Both the position numbers and the translations under genes were made by a program. From Vibrio cholerae ATCC 14035 (lineage in GTDB: Bacteria > Pseudomonadota > Gammaproteobacteria > Enterobacterales > Vibrionaceae): a stretch of DNA of 32,000 bases. Below the pieces are notes generated by a model. It ran no database searches. It was not told where the DNA came from and saw nothing but the letters and a program-made list of their open reading frames with translations. The stretch is taken from positions 120,001 through 152,000 of the forward strand of contig NZ_JHXR01000001.1 in the NCBI RefSeq assembly GCF_000621645.1, written 5' to 3'. Of this stretch, positions 26,361-32,000 are shown in pieces. Within the stretch, counting starts at the first letter, position 1. Each line of letters starts with the position of its first letter.

Positions 26361-27926
26361 TTATCCCGCCAAAACATCACTAGCGACTTTGTAGGTTGGA
26401 TCTTCTTTAAGGTTGATTTCCACTAAGCTGCCTGCTTTCTGTAGTAGAGCGCGACAGTCTTGGCTTAAATGGCGCAAGTGCAAGGTTTTACCAACGGCGG
26501 CATAACGTTCCGCTAAGGTTTCTATCGCATCAATCGCTGAATGATCGGCCACGCGCGAGCGAGCGAAATCGACAATCACTTCTTTAGGATCATGGTGCGC
26601 ATCAAACAATTCAAGGAAGTTCGCGGCCGACCCAAAGAAAATGGGGCCATGAATATGATATTCCTTATGCCCATCAGGATTGATATGGCTGGCTGCGTAA
26701 ATATGCTTGGCGTGCTCCCATGCAAACATCAACGCAGAGGCAATCACACCGACTGCGACCGCAATCGCTAAATCGGTAAACACGGTGACCACTGTCACCA
26801 ACACAATGACGAAGAAATCTTGTTTCGGAACTCGGCGCGCTAATTTGAAGGTAGCCCATTCAAAAGTGCCAATCACCACCATAAACATGACGCCGACTAA
26901 TGCCGCAAGCGGGATCATCTCAATCAAAGAAGCGGTAAACAGGATAAAGCACAGCAGCAATACGGCTGCGACTATCCCCGATAGACGACCACGTCCACCA
27001 GAGTTAACGTTGATCATCGATTGCCCAATCATGGCGCAGCCACCCATGGCACCAAACATGGAGCACGTGATATTGGCTAAGCCTTGCCCCATACATTCAC
27101 GGTTGGATTGGCCGCGAGTGCCAGTCATTTCATCTAAAACCGTCAGCGTCAGCAGTGACTCTATCAAGCCAATCGCAGCGAGAATTAAAGCATAAGGGAA
27201 AATGATCTTTAGGGTTTCCCAAGTCAGAGGTACCGCGGGAATCGAAAAAGAGGGAAGAGAGCCCGCAAGAGTTGCCGCATCATTCCCCGACATAGCCCGC
27301 AGAAAATCCACGACGGTACGAGTTTCCAAGCCTAAACCTTGAACCAGCAGAGTGACAGTGACTATCGCCGCCAATGAAGAAGGTATCGCGGTGGTGAGTT
27401 TGGGTAGGAAATGGATGATCGCCATCGTTAAGGCAACCAGCCCTAACATGAGGAGCAATTCCTTTTGTGGTAGCCAAGTCATGACTCCGTTGAGATCGGG
27501 AGCTTTAAATTGGCCGAGTTGAGCTAGAAAAATCACAATCGCTAGCCCATTCACAAAACCAATCATCACTGGATGCGGTACCATGCGAATAAATTTGCCT
27601 AACTTAAACAAGCCTGCTGCGACTTGCAGTAAACCCGTGAGAAGAATCGCGGCAAATAAATACTGCACACCATGGCTTGCGACTAAGCTCACCATCACTA
27701 CTGCCATTGCTCCGGTTGCACCAGAAATCATACCGGGCCGACCGCCAAAAATGGAGGTAATCAGGCCGACAATAAACGCGGCATAAAGGCCAACCATAGG
27801 ATCGACCCCCGCGACAAATGCAAAAGCCACCGCTTCTGGTACCAGAGCCAGTGCGACCGTCAACCCAGATAACACATCATTTTTTATTGAGTGCTGCGAG
27901 AAAGAAGGGAATTCAAACATGGGCAA
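26361..27926 (-). CDS. SulP-family anion permease with a C-terminal STAS domain
   Basis: 521 aa with an N-terminal SulP motif region '[25 protein letters not shown]', ~11 TM segments and a cytoplasmic STAS-like tail ('[22 protein letters not shown]'). The track start is TTG 27926; ATG 27920 is more likely. Confidence 0.88.
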   Translation of the reverse strand: MPMFEFPSFSQHSIKNDVLSGLTVALALVPEAVAFAFVAGVDPMVGLYAAFIVGLITSIFGGRPGMISGATGAMAVVMVSLVASHGVQYLFAAILLTGLLQVAAGLFKLGKFIRMVPHPVMIGFVNGLAIVIFLAQLGQFKAPDLNGVMTWLPQKELLLMLGLVALTMAIIHFLPKLTTAIPSSLAAIVTVTLLVQGLGLETRTVVDFLRAMSGNDAATLAGSLPSFSIPAVPLTWETLKIIFPYALILAAIGLIESLLTLTVLDEMTGTRGQSNRECMGQGLANITCSMFGAMGGCAMIGQSMINVNSGGRGRLSGIVAAVLLLCFILFTASLIEMIPLAALVGVMFMVVIGTFEWATFKLARRVPKQDFFVIVLVTVVTVFTDLAIAVAVGVIASALMFAWEHAKHIYAASHINPDGHKEYHIHGPIFFGSAANFLELFDAHHDPKEVIVDFARSRVADHSAIDAIETLAERYAAVGKTLHLRHLSQDCRALLQKAGSLVEINLKEDPTYKVASDVLAG

Positions 27927-28225
27927 AACCGTGTTCCGTATTTGTGCTGCTCATGAATGATGAGCATGAAGTGAACCGAGCCGCTTAACATAAAGTGAAA
28001 GATCAAGGTGTGACTAAGCGGGTTAATTTTGAACTGCGGATGCTACAGAATTGAACGGTAGGGTGCAATCATCAATTACAGTGTTAGCCCATATCACCAG
28101 CATGAATAAGGTCATCCCCTTGCTACTTGAGCTTTAGCGCTATTGGCTGCAACGCCAAGTAGTATGTACACAAGGCATCTAGGCAAGAGATGATGCAAGG
28201 CTGTTGGGAAATTTAAGAATCACGG

Positions 28226-28255
28226 GTAAAAGAAAGGGCTGCGTTGGCAGCCCTT
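28226..28255 (-). terminator. Rho-independent terminator of rne
   Basis: On the minus strand, stem AAGGGCTGC / GCAGCCCTT with a 4-nt loop is followed by UCUUUUAC. It lies 19 nt after the stop. Confidence 0.75.
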
Positions 28256-28273
28256 ATCGTATGGTTTCGCTAT

Positions 28274-31200
28274 TTAGAAGCTTTGCGGCTTACTCATGCC
28301 CGCACTGGCTTGATTACGCACGACTTGACTACCCGCACCACGCGCTTGGTAACGTTCAGCACGTAAAGGCGCGGCGTTAACCTGCACTTCACGGATGTCA
28401 TCTGAGCCAGGTGCTTTAGTCATCGGCGATGAGGCGTACGGCTGTTGGATGACCGCTTTCGCGGTGAGTGATGTTGCACTCACTGTCACTGGCTTAACAA
28501 CCTTAATTGGTTCTGCCATTTTGTCTGCGATCACTTCAACCGTCGTTTGTGCGACAACCTCGTCACTGATTGTGGCTGGCTCTTCGACTTCAGCGACTTT
28601 CGCCACTACGGTTTCTAGCGCAGCAGTTTCTGTTGCTGACTCTTCAATTACCGGAGCTTCAATCACTGTAGCTTCAACCACGACCGGCTCAACGGGTGCG
28701 ATGAGTGTCTCTGCGATCACGTCAGTAATCACTGGCTCTTGCACTACTGGCTCAGGTTGAACCGCAGCAGTTTCACGACGTACGATGACTTTACCCATCG
28801 CCATTTCTGGGAAGGCAACGCCTCCGAGTACACGTGGCGCTGCCACTTTTTCGCTTTCTACTACTGCAGTTGCCGCAGTCGGTGTTACATGAGTCACATG
28901 TTGAGCACCTTCAGCAGTTTCATGGCGTGACTGTGGACGCGGCGCTAAGTCGTAGCGAGGCATCACTTTACCCATGGCCATCTCAGGAGAGGCAACCCCA
29001 CCTTTACGCAGGCGGAATGGGTTAGGGCGACGATCACGACCACGACGGCGGCGCTGGCCGCTGGCGCGCAGATGACGTGGCGAGCGGCGATTACGACGCT
29101 GCTTCTGATCATCTTGCTCGTTATCCTCTTGAGCCGAATCCGCAAAATCATCGGTTACAGGCAGATTAACTGGCGCTGGAGCGTCGAACGCATTGTCAAC
29201 AGGAGCTGTAGACAGGTTGTCTAACTCTTCTGCGGCAAGCTGATCTTTGACTCGAATTTGCTTCGAGAGCTTACGACGTTGACGACGTTCTTTAACAACC
29301 GCGGCTTTCTCTTCTTTAGGCTCAACGGCTTTAACTTCTTGTTGTGCTTCAGCCGCTAATTGGCGACCTTGCTCAAGCAATTTAGCCGTTTTACTTTCAT
29401 CTCGTTTATTACGACGATCTTGACGTTCTGGACGCTCGGTTTCTGGACGTTCATTGCGGTCATTACGTTCGTTACGCTCACCACGCTCTTGCTTTGGCTT
29501 GCGCTCTTGTGGCTTACGGTTGCTGTTTGATGTCTCTTTATCGTTACGCTCGTTGTTTTCCTCATTACCGCGGCGACGGTTTTTGTCACGAGGGTTACGA
29601 CGACGATCATTATTACGATCGTTACGTTCACGACGAGGTTTGTCTTGTTCACTATTCTGCGTTACAGGCGCTTCTACTTTGGCCGCTTCCGGTGTCGCAG
29701 AGAATAGGCTCGCAATCGCTTTAAACACACGGCTAAAGAAACCAGGCTGCGCAGGTTGCTGTACCTCTGCAACAGGTTGAGGTTCTGCTTTAGGTTTTGG
29801 TGTTGGAGCAGGAACCGCTTCCGCAGGCGCTGCAAAACCTTTCAGTACTGGCTCTTCAATACGTTTTGGTTTGAGCTCAACATCGACCACTTCTTTGCCT
29901 TCCGCTTCTTTCATCGCTTCCAGCTTTTTCGGAATCAGGTAAGAGAGAACATCTTGCTCTTCACCTTCACGCACGCGGATCACTTCAAAGTGCGGTGTTT
30001 CCATATCGGAATTTGGCACGATAGTAATGCGAACTTGCTGCGCTTTTTCAATGTGATTGATTGAGCGACGCTTCTCGTTTAACAGATAAGACGCGATAGA
30101 GACAGGTACCACCGCAAGCACTTGCGATGTGTTGTCTTTGAGTGCTTCTTCTTCAATTAAGCGCAGAACAGAAAGTGCCAAAGATTCGTTGTCACGAATC
30201 ACGCCGGTTCCTTTACAACGAGGACAGATGTGATGGCTTGCTTCTGCCAGAGAAGGGCTCAAACGTTGACGCGACATCTCCAGCAAACCAAAGCGAGAAA
30301 TACGGCCAATTTGAACGCGAGCACGGTCAACACGCACCGCTTCACGTAGACGGTTTTCCACTTCACGCTGGTGGCGAACAGGGGTCATATCGATGAAGTC
30401 GATCACCACAAGACCACCGAGGTCACGCAGACGCAATTGGCGTGCGATTTCATCTGCAGCTTCTAGGTTGGTATTGAGAGCGGTCTCTTCAATATCGCCA
30501 CCTTTGGTTGCGCGAGCAGAGTTGATGTCGATGGAAGTCAAGGCTTCGGTTGGGTCAATAACGATTGAACCACCAGAAGGCAGGCGAACTTCACGTTGGA
30601 AAGCCGATTCAATCTGGCTTTCGATTTGGAAATGGCTGAACAGCGGTACTTCGCCTTCGTATTTTTTCACACGATTGACGAAATCTGGGCGCACTAAACG
30701 GATATGCTCAAGAGCACGCTCGTAAATGCTGTTGCTGTCGATAAGAATTTCACCAATATCACGACGCAAGTAATCACGGATCGCACGAACAATCACGTTA
30801 CTTTCTTGGTGGATAAGGAAAGGTGCAGGGTTTGAATCAGACGCTTGTTTAATCGCACTCCAGTGCTTAAGCAGTACATTTAAGTCCCACTCTAGCTCTT
30901 CAGCGCTTTTACCTACGCCTGCGGTACGAACAATTAAGCCCATACCTTGTGGCAATTCTAGTGAGCTGAGTGCTGATTTCAGTTCAGTGCGCTCATCGCC
31001 TTCGATACGACGAGAAATACCGCCAGCACGAGGGTTATTTGGCATCAGAACTAAGTAGCTGCCCGCTAGAGAGATAAAGGCGGTTAGGGCTGCACCTTTG
31101 CTACCGCGCTCCTCTTTCTCGATTTGCACGATCACTTCCTGACCTTCGTTCAGCACATCTTTGATGTTTGGACGACCTTGGTAGCTATAACCATCAGGGA

Positions 31201-31432
31201 AGTATTCACGAGCGATTTCTTTGAGAGGGAGGAAACCGTGTCTTTCAGCACCGTAGTCAACGAATGCAGCTTCAAGACTGGGTTCAATGCGGGTAATGCG
31301 GCCTTTGTAGATATTTGCTTTTTTCGATTCGTGCCCCGGACTTTCAATATCCAGATCGAACAGACGTTGGCCATCGACCAACGCGACACGCAACTCTTCT
31401 TTTTGAGTTGCGTTAATTAACATTCTTTTCAT
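28274..31432 (-). CDS. rne: Ribonuclease E
   Basis: 1052 aa with a conserved catalytic N-terminal half ('[24 protein letters not shown]', S1 domain, Zn-link 'CPRCKGTG'). It also has the amphipathic membrane-targeting helix '[15 protein letters not shown]' (29696-29746), Arg-rich RNA-binding segments and an acidic, Val/Glu-rich C-terminal scaffold ending in an 'SPMTKAP' PNPase-site-like motif. Confidence 0.97.
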   Translation of the reverse strand: MKRMLINATQKEELRVALVDGQRLFDLDIESPGHESKKANIYKGRITRIEPSLEAAFVDYGAERHGFLPLKEIAREYFPDGYSYQGRPNIKDVLNEGQEVIVQIEKEERGSKGAALTAFISLAGSYLVLMPNNPRAGGISRRIEGDERTELKSALSSLELPQGMGLIVRTAGVGKSAEELEWDLNVLLKHWSAIKQASDSNPAPFLIHQESNVIVRAIRDYLRRDIGEILIDSNSIYERALEHIRLVRPDFVNRVKKYEGEVPLFSHFQIESQIESAFQREVRLPSGGSIVIDPTEALTSIDINSARATKGGDIEETALNTNLEAADEIARQLRLRDLGGLVVIDFIDMTPVRHQREVENRLREAVRVDRARVQIGRISRFGLLEMSRQRLSPSLAEASHHICPRCKGTGVIRDNESLALSVLRLIEEEALKDNTSQVLAVVPVSIASYLLNEKRRSINHIEKAQQVRITIVPNSDMETPHFEVIRVREGEEQDVLSYLIPKKLEAMKEAEGKEVVDVELKPKRIEEPVLKGFAAPAEAVPAPTPKPKAEPQPVAEVQQPAQPGFFSRVFKAIASLFSATPEAAKVEAPVTQNSEQDKPRRERNDRNNDRRRNPRDKNRRRGNEENNERNDKETSNSNRKPQERKPKQERGERNERNDRNERPETERPERQDRRNKRDESKTAKLLEQGRQLAAEAQQEVKAVEPKEEKAAVVKERRQRRKLSKQIRVKDQLAAEELDNLSTAPVDNAFDAPAPVNLPVTDDFADSAQEDNEQDDQKQRRNRRSPRHLRASGQRRRRGRDRRPNPFRLRKGGVASPEMAMGKVMPRYDLAPRPQSRHETAEGAQHVTHVTPTAATAVVESEKVAAPRVLGGVAFPEMAMGKVIVRRETAAVQPEPVVQEPVITDVIAETLIAPVEPVVVEATVIEAPVIEESATETAALETVVAKVAEVEEPATISDEVVAQTTVEVIADKMAEPIKVVKPVTVSATSLTAKAVIQQPYASSPMTKAPGSDDIREVQVNAAPLRAERYQARGAGSQVVRNQASAGMSKPQSF

Positions 31433-31812
31433 TTAAAAATCTCATTTTCTTATATAGTTTTGATTCTTGTTTTTGTTGCCGAGTTTCGTTTTCACGGTGC
31501 CAGATCCCATGGCTTATTCGATACAGCCTCCCGGCTGGAGGGGATGCTCTGGGGCACATCAGTATTCACAAGCCAACGATTGCCTGTGATCCGCTATAAA
31601 GGCGGTGGGTACTCAACATGAAAAGGCGACGAGTAGAGCAACAAAAAGCCTCAAACAGTGTGTCTTACGCCGTGTGCTGCACCTTGTTTTCGACTGACTA
31701 CTCATTAATTTGCCAGAAATTGAACGGTAAAGAACAAAATGCCACCGGTTCAGCTCTTGCAGCTGTGAACTATAGCAGTGACTGCCAAAGTCAGCAATCA
31801 GCTTTCCAATGT
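31433..31812 (-). promoter_or_regulatory. Long rne 5' untranslated leader (expected autoregulatory element) with a candidate promoter at its upstream end
   Basis: About 380 nt upstream of rne hold no credible ORF. A minus-strand TTGGTT-N17-AATAAT has its -10 at 31820-31825. Internal hairpins include CCTCC-AGCCG-GGAGG. E. coli rne has a ~361-nt structured leader used for feedback control (established knowledge). Confidence 0.45.
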
Positions 31813-32000
31813 AGCGCAAATTATTTGCGGGAGATTACAAAAAACCAACAATCTAACTTATTGTTAAATAAAGATAAGATGATTGAAATGTTAGGCTTGG
31901 AGCATCCGTGCGACCAAATTAGGTAGTGAGCCCAAGGTTAACTTGGTTAAATTGTCGGCAAATGGGGTTGATGCTAATGAAAAATGGCTTTTTTTGTTGC

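Noticed and set aside
28395-29780. Plus-strand ORFs within the rne C-terminal region (28395..28760, 28739..28930, 28834..29025, 29454..29780, 29494..29724)
   Set aside because: They are created by the repetitive, codon-biased Arg/Glu/Val-rich coding of the RNase E scaffold on the other strand. Their translations are homopolymer-like (S/T/L/R runs), and they lack translation signals.
31613-31926. Overlapping ORFs 31613..31819 (-) and 31618..31926 (+) upstream of rne
   Set aside because: They overlap each other on opposite strands inside what should be the rne leader and promoter. They have no SD and odd composition. The rne 5' UTR interpretation explains the region better.
31978-32000. ATG at 31978 (ATGAAAAATGGC...) as the start of a divergent gene (rluC would be expected opposite rne)
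   Set aside because: Only 23 nt are visible and the encoded residues are uninformative, so the call cannot be supported from this window.
1-32000. Searched for mobile elements, integrases, phage remnants, CRISPR repeats, toxin-antitoxin pairs, defence islands and compositionally foreign segments
   Set aside because: Every ORF above ~150 aa has a housekeeping-type assignment or intact core-genome context. No spaced direct repeats, terminal inverted repeats or tRNA-3'-end duplications were seen. No block differs obviously in composition. I report no such system rather than inventing one.

Overview
This window is ordinary core-chromosome sequence. Gene content and order suggest a Vibrio, probably V. 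cholerae-like chromosome 1; that is my recollection, not a search result. I call 27 protein-coding genes, 2 tRNAs and about 10 intrinsic terminators. Left to right: a complete cytochrome c maturation (System I) operon, ccmA (5'-truncated by the window edge) through ccmI, with start/stop-overlapping junctions; mlaA/vacJ; a divergent SDR-fold gene; a 167-aa orphan; sodB divergent from grxD; topB followed by an HDAC-family deacetylase; tRNA-Ser(UGA) and tRNA-Pro(GGG); the yejM-yejL / ndpA(yejK) block; a membrane-anchored HPt-domain protein; nhaC; asd; a MarC-family gene; adhE behind a 626-bp AT-rich leader; an EamA/DMT transporter; a SulP/STAS permease; and rne (RNase E) with its long 5' leader. 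I found no transposases, integrases, phage genes, CRISPR arrays, toxin-antitoxin pairs or defence-island signatures, and no convincing multi-gene novel system. The items most worth a second look are single-gene or regulatory oddities: (1) a stand-alone HPt phosphotransfer domain tethered to the membrane behind a ~200-aa periplasmic domain, with no kinase or receiver nearby; (2) two copies of an enolase-binding-like microdomain in the RNase E scaffold; (3) an SDR-fold protein that seems to have lost the Gly-rich loop and the catalytic Tyr/Lys; (4) an unexplained 368-bp spacer beside the orphan ORF; (5) topB apparently operonic with the HDAC-like deacetylase; (6) helically phased T-tracts plus an FNR/CRP-type class II promoter layout upstream of adhE. 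All calls rest on reading the sequence and on remembered family motifs. No database search was run.
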